Shown here: in pieces, positions 52,844 to 64,000 of the stretch
Layout of the letters: the number at the start of each line of letters is the position of its first letter
Numbering within the stretch: position 1 is the stretch's first letter
Assembly: GCA_964016885.1 (NCBI GenBank)
Contig: CAXHJY010000344.1
Location: 8,143-72,142 of the forward strand
Reading direction: 5' to 3'
DNA length: 64,000 nt
Source: Eledone cirrhosa
Lineage: Eukaryota
The notes under the pieces: model-generated
The model's input: only the letters and a program-made list of their open reading frames with translations
The model's database searches: none
What the model was told of the DNA's origin: nothing
Position numbers and translations under genes: made by a program

Positions 52844-53324
52844 GGTGGCTGCCAACTCGTTTTCGAGTACGGCCACTACTTTATATCCATCTAGGAGAAC
52901 CCCCACCGATGCGCTGTACGAGTGTGACTTTTTAGTCCAGCCAGCGACTTGAAAACTCTGGTACAAACACTACACCTGTGACAATTATTGACACATAGTG
53001 CTGGGCCCATGGTACCATGTGACGACAAGTGCAGAGAGATCTCCAGATATAAAACAATGCCTGTGCCGTGAAGCTTTTATTATGAGCAAAGGCACTGCAC
53101 AAAGCCAGTCCCACTCTCTTAACCAAGATGATATTTACCAAAAAGAACAAGTCAACATCATTGGATACCATCAGGGTTGCAGGTGTTATATCAGAGTTTT
53201 CCTTCTCCTAGAATTCTGCCTTGACAAAGGTTAAGGGGTCATCTCTGCCGGTGATTTTGGATGGCTATTGACTCTTAAGAGCTCCTTTGCCCTTTGACAG
53301 GTTTTGTTTTTAGTCCTGCAGAAT

Positions 53325-53450
53325 GTCATACATACATACATATATATATATTTATACAAATATGTATATATATTTATACAAATATGTATATATATATATA
53401 TATATAAATGTGTGCGTATACGTATGTGTGTGTATACGTATGTATGTATG

Positions 53451-53486
<36 letters not shown>

Positions 53487-53547
53487 CGTATGTATGTATG
53501 TATCTGTGTATATATATACACACACATACATACATATACATATATAT

Positions 53548-53580
<33 letters not shown>

Positions 53581-53596
53581 ATATACATATATATAT

Positions 53597-53636
<40 letters not shown>

Positions 53637-53704
53637 ACAAAAACATACACACATATATATATATATATATACATACACACACATACACACACACATATAT
53701 ATAT

Positions 53705-53765
<61 letters not shown>

Positions 53766-53812
53766 CAAAAACATACACACATATATATATATATATATAC
53801 ATACACACACAT

Positions 53813-53845
<33 letters not shown>

Positions 53846-53850
53846 CATAC
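53325..53850. repeat. Compound (TA)n/(CA)n/(TG)n microsatellite
   Basis: Direct inspection; includes a duplicated acatacaaaaacatacacac block. Confidence 0.95.
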
Positions 53851-54874
53851 TGTCACAATGCAATCATCGTGACTTAGTGAAAACAAAAAAGCAGACTACA
53901 CTAGTGATGATGGTGGTGGCGTGCAACAAGTGAGAAGATTACGGTTTCGTGTGCACTACACTGACATGCACACACGCACGTCAGTAGGTGCATGCATGCA
54001 TGCATCTACTGACATATATAATATATATATATATGTATACGTACATAAACGCGCGTGTGCGCAGTGGATCTCAGTCGGTGTCGACGATGAGTCAAATATT
54101 TTTCTTTTTGTTCGATCAACGAAACATCCTGGCTGAGTATTCCATAGGAATGTTGTTTAACCTTAATGAAACCCTTGGAGAGATTCAGTGTGATGTATTG
54201 CGTGACAAGGACGGCACCTTTTCATTTGAATTACAGGTAGAGTCCATCCAACGGGCTTCTAAGCAGCCTCCGTCTACCTTATTTCACCTCATAATGCTTG
54301 GGTGGACTCCAAGCTATGGTAAATCATATTTCACCAAAATGCCACACTGAGATCGAACCCGGGGCTTAAAGATTTACATCGATAATATATAATCTCGGGT
54401 CGCGAATAATCGTTCCTCACTCCCAACTTTTTAATTTTTCAGATTTTTTCCAACCCATTTCACTCGTTCTTATACCCCCCCCCCCATTAAATTTTACTTA
54501 TGTATCTCCGACGAAATGTTATTTTAAGTGGAAGCAATCAATTAAGCGACAATTTTCTTTATACACTAAAAATATTATACATGACAACCTAAAACAATTA
54601 CCACCCCATCCCTCCCCCGCTTACCCCCCACCCCGCTTATTTGGGACGACCAGAGAGTATACATACGGGAGTGACAATTACAGAGTCTATCGTGGCCCAC
54701 AACAAAGAGCCAGATTTTCAGCTGCTGGTGCCCGAAGCTGTATGAAATTTAAGGCCCTTCTCTAAAAACAACATTCGGGTAAAAAAATGTTCAATAATTA
54801 TAATTGATTATTATTTATCATATTAATGTTAATGATAAATAATATCTATCGATATATATCTATATATATATATA

Positions 54875-54958
<84 letters not shown>

Positions 54959-55132
54959 TTTGATGATTTAGTGTTAAAGAATAAAAACTAACGATAAAAT
55001 TAAAATGCATTTTAAAAAATGAGCCCCCCCCCCCACCTGAGGGTATCAACGGAGATTACCTAGAAAATTACAGATTTTGCAAATCCCCCGCTTATTCCAA
55101 CCCCCTTCCCTCTATTACTTGGAACCCAAAAG

Positions 55133-55164
<32 letters not shown>

Positions 55165-55440
55165 GGATCTTGTTGATAATCTGCCAAATTCCTATATTAC
55201 ACTTTGCATCTTAAAAGCTGACTATCCTTCTCCTCCTCATCAACAAAAACAACAACGACAACCACCATCACCACCATCACCACACCAAATCCCATACGTT
55301 ATAAAATAAATAGGATGGGTTGGTAGTCTCAATATGTAAACTAAACGACCTATTCTGTTTTTTTTTTAAATTAACGGAGACAACCTAGAAAAATTACCGA
55401 TTTTCCATCTTCCTCATATTCCGCTCCCACATGTCCCATG

Positions 55441-56043
55441 CTCCATTATAAAGTCACAAGCACCATTCTAAAGTGTCACGCCCCATTCTAAAGTCACACG
55501 CCCCATTCTAAAGTGTCAAGCCCTATTCTAAAGTCCCACACACCATTCTAAAGTGTCACGCCCCATTCTAAAGTCACATGCCCCATTTTAAAGTCACACG
55601 CCCCATTTTCAACTCCCACGTTCCATTCTAAAGTCACATGCCCCATTCTAAAGTCACACGCCCCATTTTCAACTCCCACGTTCCATTCTAAAGTCACACG
55701 CCCCATTCTAAAGTCACACGCCCCACTCTAAAGTCACACACCTTATTCTAAAGTGTCACGCCCCATTCTAAAGTGACACGCCCCATTCTAAAGTCACAAA
55801 CTCCATTCTAAAGTCACACGCCCCATTCTAAAGTCACACGCCCCATTCTAAAGTGTCACGCCCCATTCTAAAGTCACACGCCCCATTCTAAAGCCACACA
55901 CCCTATTCTAAAGTTCCACGCCCTATTCTAAAGTTCCACGCCCCATTCTAAAGTCCCGTGTCCCATTCTAAAGTCACATGCCCCATTCTAAAGTCACACG
56001 CCCCATTCTAAAGTCACATGCCCCATTCTAAAGTCACACGCCC
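55441..56043. repeat. 20-bp satellite, ~30 units (CCCCATTCTAAAGTCACACG)
   Basis: Strict 20-bp period; substitutions but no indels seen. Confidence 0.97.
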
Positions 56044-56274
56044 TTCCTTGAGAAACATCGAAGTTGCTATTCGACTGTTTTCATCAACTTAGACATATTC
56101 TTTGTAGTGGGGAGAGATATTTAAACGTCCGTCAAAATGTTTTGTGGTATTTAGTTACCACCCTTTGCGTCTGTTAAGATTAACCTTGTTTTTCATCCTT
56201 CCGCTGCCGATAAAATAAAGTACCAGTCAATAACTGGGCTCTATTTAATCAAATGTTCAACCCTCTCTTGATAT

Positions 56275-56490
56275 TGGTTTCTGATTTAGGCACAAGGTCA
56301 ACAATTTTGGAGGAGGGGAAATTGTCGATTAAATCAACCCCACTGTGTTACTGGTACTTTATTTTATCAACCCCATAAGGATGAAAGGCAAAGCTAACCT
56401 AGGCAGGATTTGAATTCAGAACGTAAAGGGCCATAACTATATGCCGCAAAACGTGTCTGACGCTCTACTGATTACTGCCAATCCATCACC
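56275..56490 (-). mobile_element. Family-A SINE (long-tail variant)
   Basis: Meta-like core, B box and A box on the minus strand. Confidence 0.85.
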
Positions 56491-56791
56491 TTTTGTAAGA
56501 TAATAATAATAATAAAGATTTCATTTATTGGCCACAAGGGCCGACATATAGGGGACAATACAAAAGACTGGGACAGTGGGGTTTTACAGAAAAATCGAGT
56601 AAACAATATGAATAAACAAAGTAACAATAACAAAGTAACAATAAAGTAACAAGAAAATTACAACAAGAAAAAATTCCCCAATAGGGGGGATGACCACCTA
56701 GGGTTCGTTCAGGTACCCCACTAGTCCTGAACGACCCGACGCTTCGAGAGCACCCTGGAAGGACACCCCTCTCCTCCTCAAATTTACCTAC

Positions 56792-59390
56792 CTACAGCCG
56801 CATGACCAGAGTAGGCCCACTCACACGGGCCATTCTCGCCACATTCACCCACCTTTCAGAAAATGTACTGGGGGGCAGCACTCACTTCTCTCTCCACCCT
56901 CACCTTCCTTTCCAAGTGAAACTTGAAAAAGTTGATGAGGGATTGGCCGAAGAGAAAGTGTCTGTCTTCAGTCCTTTCAACCTCGTCCACCATATAACCT
57001 CTTTCGCTACTGCCACCAGACAGAGGAAAATTGCCTGCCCTTCCTGGCCAAAAGAAGGCGGCGGGTCGATCTTCACTATGGACTCGGCCAATAGCCGGAT
57101 CCGTTCTATACGCGACAACAGCTGTTCAACATAACTCCACAAGTCAGTAATGCACGGACACTGGACGAGTGCGTGCAGAACGGTTTCGTCGCTCTGCGCG
57201 CATCTCGGGCAGGTCCGTCTGACAGCACTTCCGTGCCTGTAGAGTTTATCTCGAACCGGCAGTGCCCCCCGGTAGCACTGCCAAGCGAGGGATTTTGGGA
57301 AATTATCCATCGTCCCCGGCTCAGACATTATCCATCGTCCTCCGGTACAGACTGGTTAGTTCGACTTCGTTGACTCCCAGAGCCTCTTCGAGTGCGTCGT
57401 CGCACTTGCCCACCACTAATCCTCTATAGAACTCGAGAGTGGAAGTTCCACTGACCGCATTGCCCGCCTGGTAGAGGGCAGTGAGTGCCTGGCAACATTC
57501 CAGATGCCAGTCACCCAGTCTCGGTCTCTTCTTGACCCAGGACTGCAGCTCAGTCAAAGAAACGAGCTGCGGAAAGGCCCGTCTGACAAACGGCGACCAA
57601 ACTTGTTCACCGTTTAGGCAGAATATCTGGAGATGCCGCAGCCTCAGCGCGTGCCTGCGCATCATTAGCCACGGCATGCCCAGCCCTCCACGTAGAGGAT
57701 GCTGGCAGCAGATGGACCGCCTCACCAGCGGAACCTGACCCTTCCACAAGAATTTGAAGAGGAGCCGCTCCAAGATGGCGAGGCGCGAACGGGGGAGGGG
57801 AGGGGGCAAGGGACGACGGTCAGACGGTAGTAGATGACGGACGCGATGTACGCGTTCGCCACCTCCGCCCGACCTTTCAGTGATAGCTTCATCCCAGCCC
57901 ATTTCTGGGTGAGACTGGCTACCCTGCCCGTCACCTCGTCCCAATTCTTATCCACCTGGAGGTCTGGCCCGAACCAAACCCCTAGCAACTTTACCGATCC
58001 GTCCGTCCAGCGCCTAACGCCTTGGACGGCATGGACTTGCCTCTCCAGGTGCCGAGTTGCAAGCCCACTGACTTTTCCGGGTTAAGTTTTGCTCCCGTCA
58101 ACCTTTCATATTCCTCCAATAAGTTGCCGACTATCTCGATTTATGAGGTGTCCGACACCATCACGGTGATGTCGTCCGCATAAGCCGACACAGCCTTTTC
58201 GCGTCCAGGTTCGAGCGGGATGCCCTGCAACAGCTCCAGCTTCCGCACTAAAGGCTCGAGAGTCAATACGTACAGAAGGGAGGAGAGAGGGCACCCTTGA
58301 CGGACCGATCGGGAGACCTGAAACGGTTCCGAGAGGTGGTCATTAATTTTGACCATCGAGCAGGTGCCGCTGTGCATTGCAGCGATCCAGCTTCTGAAGA
58401 CGGGGCCGAAGCCAGCCGCCTTGAGGACAGCCTCCAGGTACCGATGGTCGACTCTATCGAATGGTTTCGATTGATCTAAATTGATCAGAGCCCCACCGAA
58501 GCCAAGTTTACACCCTACCCTCTCTATGAGGTATCGCATTAGGTGGAGGTTGTCGTGCATGGACCTGGTTGGGATTGCGCAAGTTTGCGCCTCCCCAACC
58601 AAATCCCCGACGACAAGCGCCAACCTCTTCGCTAACACCCTGGCCAAAATCTTAAACTCTGTGTTGAGCAGAGTTATGGGCCTGAAATTGTCTAATGTGT
58701 CCCTCTTGTTCTCGTCTTTCCTTATCAGCGTCACTACGCCCCGGCTTACAGAACTGGGAATACTCCCGTTTTGCTGCCAGTTGCAGTAGAGGGCTTCGAG
58801 GAGATTGGAGAACAAGTCTGGCATATTTACGTAAAGCTCGTAGGGCAGACCATCCAAACCGGGTTACTTGCGCCTAATGCAGCCGACAAGGGCATCCTGA
58901 ATCTCGGCTTAAGTAATTGGCCTTTCGCAGCGCCCAGCATCAGCTGTCGAGAGTTGCGGCAAGCCATCAAGGTAGGGACTGAAGTCCGCCACCATCTCTG
59001 ACCCGCCACTTCCCCCGAACAACCGAGCAAAATGTTGGCGAAAGGCCTCACACATCCTCTTGGAATCGCTCAGCTCGTGCCCATCTCGGTCCGTCAAAGA
59101 CCGAATCGTGGTTTTATTACCACGCTGCGCCTCTGCCACGCGGGCCCATCGAACAGCTTTGGTTCCCTCGTTTCTCAGAGCACGCGCCTTAGCTCTGACA
59201 ATGCAACCTTCGTGTTTCGCATTGAAGAAATGGTCTAATGCCATTCTCGCCGCTAGCACGTCAGTTGCAATGCCACTACCAATAGCCTCGTCTAACTTAA
59301 CTACCAACTCCCCCTCCTTTCTATTTTTTCTAACGCTACTTCTTTGCTAAACTCTATCGACATTACTCTAATCTCTCTTTTGAGAACCCT
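56792..59390 (-). pseudogene. Tx1 ORF2 remnant (tether, reverse transcriptase, C-terminal zinc finger), frameshifted
   Basis: DGLPYELY, NFRPITLLNTEFKILARVLAKRL, LINLDQSKPFDRVDH, SVRQGCPLS, AYADD, GGLGMP, CPRCAQSDETVLHALVQC spread over several frames. Confidence 0.93.
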
Positions 59391-61277
59391 TTTAAAAGTC
59401 TTGAAGTGGGTTTTACGTTCGGGGTTCCCACGTCCCGAGGAAATCTGTCTCGTATTTCTTTGAATATGTCGAGCGACATTCGCACCAGAACCAAATCTCC
59501 CGGCACGCGAAATGTGCTCGATTTAAAAATGTCCCCCTCTTTTTGTATATTTTCACTTCGTGCTACGAGGGCCATCAGTTCCTTGTTGGCCCTCCTGACG
59601 AGCACGAAGTTTCGTATGTTTTGTTGGTGTGTTTTTATTTGTTTGCGTGGCTGTGGTGGTGATGGTTTTGGTGGTGTTGTTCCGGTTGTATCTGTGTTTG
59701 TTGTGAGTGCGGTGTCTGTGGTTTCAGATGTTTGTGTGTATATTTGTTCTTGCATCTGTTTAGGTTGTTTGCGTTTGGGGGGTGATGGTGATGGTGGTGT
59801 TGATGTTGGTGTTATTGGAGAGATGTTTGCGTGGGTGATGTCTGCGTTTTTTATTGTGGGTGATTTTGTGCTTTGTTGAGTTTTTTTTTTCTTTTTCTTT
59901 TTCCTTTTTTGTATTTTGGGGGATTTTGGTTTTCCCTCATTTTCACTACTGGTAGATGAGGGGTCTGTGTCTGTAAGTGTGTCTGTATGTATGTTTATGG
60001 TTTTATTGGTGTGTGTATTTGGGGGGGGGGGGGAATTTGACAGCTTTCCTCGTTTCCTTGTTGGTGGTGGTCTTTCTGTTTGTGTTGTTGTTGGTGGTTT
60101 TGCCGGTGCTGGTGTTGGTTGTGGTCCTCGCCCCGGCGTCGGCAGCAGTGGAGCCTTTCGACCCCTTGCCTCTTTCAGCAGTTGAGGGAAGAAGGCTCGC
60201 AAATGGGTTTTTTCCCCACAAACAAAACACTGCGACCTTTTGCCTTCGGTCATAATGTGAATGACCGTCCCATTCTGAAGGCGGATGTGGTCCGGGATTG
60301 TCTTCACATTCTCGGGCCTGATCCGGAGAAGGACCTCCAGGTCAACCCCGGACCAGTTCTCTCTGGCCGTTCTGGTCACTTCTATAGGGACGGTATCCGT
60401 CCCTCCACAATCACACATCCCAGAAGCCACCACATGTCAAGTCCTGGTGGGATTCTGGGAATGTGGAGACGGGCCGTTCTTTTTCCCATGTGGGAGTGGT
60501 ACATTATGACCTTGCTGGTTTTGCAAGGAGTCATAGCGTGTTTCATAGCGAGGGCTTCTGACTTGAACAACACCGAAATGGTGCCGTACTGTCTGCCATT
60601 CTCTATGTACTGGGTGTCTTCTCTGATGCACCTCAGCGCGACTTCGACATCTGCTTGTGGGATTAAAGCTGCCCTTTTGGTTTGTGCTGAGATGCATCCA
60701 TAATGCACCGTTCTGCGTTCCACTGCCTCAATAGTCTTCTACCGGACAGTTAAGTTGGCCCAGGTTTGCTCTTGCTTGATGAGCTTCCATGCCTGGGCCA
60801 ACTTTTCATCTTTGTTTGAAAGGTCCATGTTGAAGCATGGCCTCTTTTTTGCTGCTACCGCAGCGAAAGTGTTCTTCTTGTTTTCGTTGGGGGTGTTGTG
60901 GTCGTTGTCGTTGTTCTTGTTGGTGTTGCTGTTAGCACTGTCGCTGTTATCATTGTTGTCTTTGTTGCCACCGTTGTTCTCGGTGCAGTTGGTATTGTTG
61001 CTGTTGGTGTTGTCGCTATTTGTTTTCATGTTAGTGGTGTTGATATTGTTGTTGTATTTGTTATTTTTTTTTTGTTATCTGTATTTTCGTTGTCGCTGTT
61101 ACTGTCATTTTTTTCAAAATTAGAGTTCTCATTGGTATCATTGGTGTCTTTGTTTACCTTGTTTGTGGTGGTGTTTGTGTTATCAATGTGTGTTAATTTC
61201 GCTGTAGCGCTCCTCTCAACTTCTACGTCGTTGTCGCACGACAGCCGACATATCGCTGGGGGGCGTGGCTCAGCCAT
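59363..61277 (-). pseudogene. Tx1 ORF1 (gag-like nucleic-acid-binding protein) remnant, frameshifted
   Basis: Consecutive ORFs 61277-61026, 61029-60739, 60723-60382, 60433-59363; TFAAVAAK motif, degenerate zinc knuckle CFVCGEKTHLRAF, Pro/Thr/Lys-rich tail. Confidence 0.8.
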
Positions 61278-62120
61278 GTTTTTTTTTTCTTCGTAAATTT
61301 TTTAACATGTAAAAAAAGTTCAAATATTTGGACCAAAAGGCCCAAATATTATACTTTCCCCTTCACGGGCAAAGTCTAAGGGCTTATATCCCTTACACAA
61401 CAAGAAATATTTAACAACAAATAATTTCAACAGGCAAATAAAGCGACTTACTGTGAGCGAGCAAAATACGTCCGCTTAGACCAATAATAATAATAATAAT
61501 TAATAGTAATGATTTTTATCATTGGAACAGTGGGAGGTGAGGGGGTGTAATCAATAAATCGATTGCAATGTGTGATTGGCGCTGATTTATCGATCCCTAA
61601 GACGTCTTGCCGAGATTTAATTCAGAATCTAATTGAAAATAACTATATATATATATAATATGATATTGTTCTACCGACTCCATCACTGCCTACAGCCCTG
61701 CAATGAACCTCCGTCAGTTTCGACGAGGAATGTTCCAGTTGTTCGATCAACGGAACAGCCTGCTCATTAATCTAACATGTAAATGGTTGGGCATTCCACA
61801 GACACATGTTCCCTTAATGTTATTCTCAGGGAGATTTAGCATATGTATAAGGCTGGTCCTATAAATTACAGCACAGTCCATCTGACGGGCTTCCAAACAG
61901 TTTCTTTCTACCAAAATTCACTCACAATGCATGGGTCAACCCAAGGTTATGTTAAAGGACCCTTGTCCGTGATGTCATGCAGTGGGATCGACCATGGGCC
62001 CTAATGGTTGCGGCCATCTTTAAAGGTGAATTTTGCTTTTTATCCTTTCCAGTTCGATAAATAAGTACCAGTCCAATATAGGGATCGATTCTTCTTCTCC
62101 TCCTCCTTCTACCACACCCC

Positions 62121-62225
<105 letters not shown>

Positions 62226-62651
62226 ATTTATTAACCTGCCATAGAACCTCATTGGCATACGGTTGGATAATACATGTGTCTCTATATGTATTTTGCATGT
62301 AGGGAAACATACTTTATTATTATTAATCTCCCCTGGTCGAGATAACATTTTGGTCGTTTTAACTGCTGCTATTTCTAGTGGCAGTACATTGACCTTCCCG
62401 CCCTTGCCTTCTATCTTTACACACGGCACTAGACAAGATTGTTTCTTCATCATACACTCTCATCCGGGAACAGTTCTGTATGGCGCCAGTTCGAGATTTG
62501 AACTCGGAATTTTATATTCTCCGAGTGAGAAGAACCCTCTGACGAAAGTCTTCTCAATGGATTTCCGCATGGACTATCCATTTATTTTGAGACTTGAAAC
62601 CGCGCGGCAAGGGTAATTATTTTAAAACTTTTTCTTATTTGCTAAACCTTG

Positions 62652-62744
<93 letters not shown>

Positions 62745-62824
62745 AAAGTAAATAGAAATAACAAAACAAACGACACAGTACATTGAAGAAATATATTAAT
62801 TTAACACTTGTAATAGCAGAAGAG

Positions 62825-62859
62825 CTTTAACGTTTCGGACACTAGTCCTTCATCAGAAG
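62825..62859 (-). ncRNA. Minimal hammerhead ribozyme motif
   Basis: Minus strand ctt-CTGATGA-a-ggac-tagt-gtcc-GAAACGTT-aaag: intact core, 4-bp stem II, palindromic AACGTT stem III; lies in a ~250 bp segment between (TG)n and (TA)n. Confidence 0.7.
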
Positions 62860-63014
62860 ATAAAGTTAGAAATAAAAGATGAAATAGAAAGATAAAGAGT
62901 GAGAAGAGGAAGGTATATTAGTGAAAGTAGAGGGTCTACCTCAGCCAAAACAGCCGAGCTCGCGGTCAACCCCCAACTCTTACTAATATATATATATATA
63001 TATATATATATAAG

Positions 63015-63330
63015 GGTAAAGACCCCCTTCGGTCACAAATGCCCATGGGATTTGCACTCAGAAAGTTTCCCTCCGAGGCACAAGTCCCTGCAAGGTTGCC
63101 TGTGGAAGACCAGCAGTCTCCCAAGCAAGCCTCCCCCCTCTACACCACCAGTGTTGTCCAAGAGAAAGGCAATGGCCAATACAGCTTGGCACCAGTGACG
63201 TCACACCTTATTTCTACAGCTGAGTAAACTGGAGCAACGTGAAATAAAGAGTCTTGTTCAAGGATACAACACATCACCCGGTGCGAGAATCGAACTCACA
63301 ACCTCCCAATTGCAAGTTCAATGCTCTAAC
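63015..63330 (-). mobile_element. CORE-type SINE
   Basis: gagttcgattctc B box and CORE on the minus strand; tail shared with 36965-37300. Confidence 0.75.
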
Positions 63331-63364
63331 TATATATAGAGAGAGAGAGTGTGGGGGGGGGATA

Positions 63365-63900
63365 CGTCAAAAGTGTATAGCTAGAAGACATACACACTGC
63401 CATATATGTGTATATAGAAATATATACACACTACATGCACATTGTCTCGTATGTGTCTGTATATAGAGTTATGTATATACTATATACACACTATCATGTA
63501 TATGTGTGTATATAGAAATATATATACACACTGCCATGTATGCGTGTGTATATAGCTTTATATACACACTACACACACTACATACACACTATCATGTATA
63601 TGTGTGTATATAGAAATATATACACACTACATACACACTGTCTTGTATATGTGTGTATATAGAAATATATACACACTACATACACACTGTCTTGTATGTG
63701 TGTGTGTATAGAAATATATACACACTACATACACACTATCATCTACATGTGTGTATATAGAAATATATACACACTATGTATGCGTGTGTATATAGCTTTA
63801 TATATACACTGCATACACGCTATCATGTATATGTGAGTATATAGAAATAGCTACAGACTATCATGTATACGTGAGTATATAGCTTTATATACACAGCACA
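63365..63900. repeat. Degenerate ~40-50 bp minisatellite
   Basis: tatatagaaatatatacacactacatacacactatcatgtatatgtgtg-type units. Confidence 0.85.
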
Positions 63901-64000
63901 TTAATGTGTTTATAGAAATACTATACACCCTGGTTAATATACAAAGATATTTAACTTTTCTTTTCAATTCGGAAAAATTAATTGTCCTTCCCAAGGCGAT

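Larger units (their letters stand above)
56515..61482 (-). mobile_element. Tx1-clade (L1 group) non-LTR retrotransposon, decayed, both termini present
   Basis: 5' end GGTCTAAGCGGACGT; ORF1 and ORF2 remnants; 3' UTR with AATAAA; (AAT)n on both flanks. Confidence 0.88.

Overview
AT-rich, microsatellite-dense eukaryotic non-coding DNA, most likely from an octopus or related cephalopod (inferred from the tRNA-derived CORE-type and Meta-domain SINE families and RTE tails). I can support no intact host gene; nearly all listed ORFs are microsatellite or antisense artefacts. The window is a nested mosaic of one decayed ~5 kb Tx1-clade LINE on the minus strand (56515-61482, apparently lacking its endonuclease domain), RTE LINE fragments, about 30 Meta-domain SINE copies, many CORE-type SINEs, hAT/mariner/pogo/piggyBac-type MITEs and several satellites, including a 4.6 kb GTT-based minisatellite. 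Two patterns stand out. (1) Minimal type-I hammerhead ribozyme motifs are scattered in short, microsatellite-flanked Penelope-like terminal-repeat fragments, including two copies of a U3-A8 core variant, and are associated with fold-back palindromes. (2) There is an apparent Tx1 LINE/SINE partnership: both end in a stem-loop with the same CTTGT loop and both sit at (AAT)n sites, producing head-to-tail SINE arrays. All calls are by eye; boundaries are approximate unless TIRs or TSDs are quoted.
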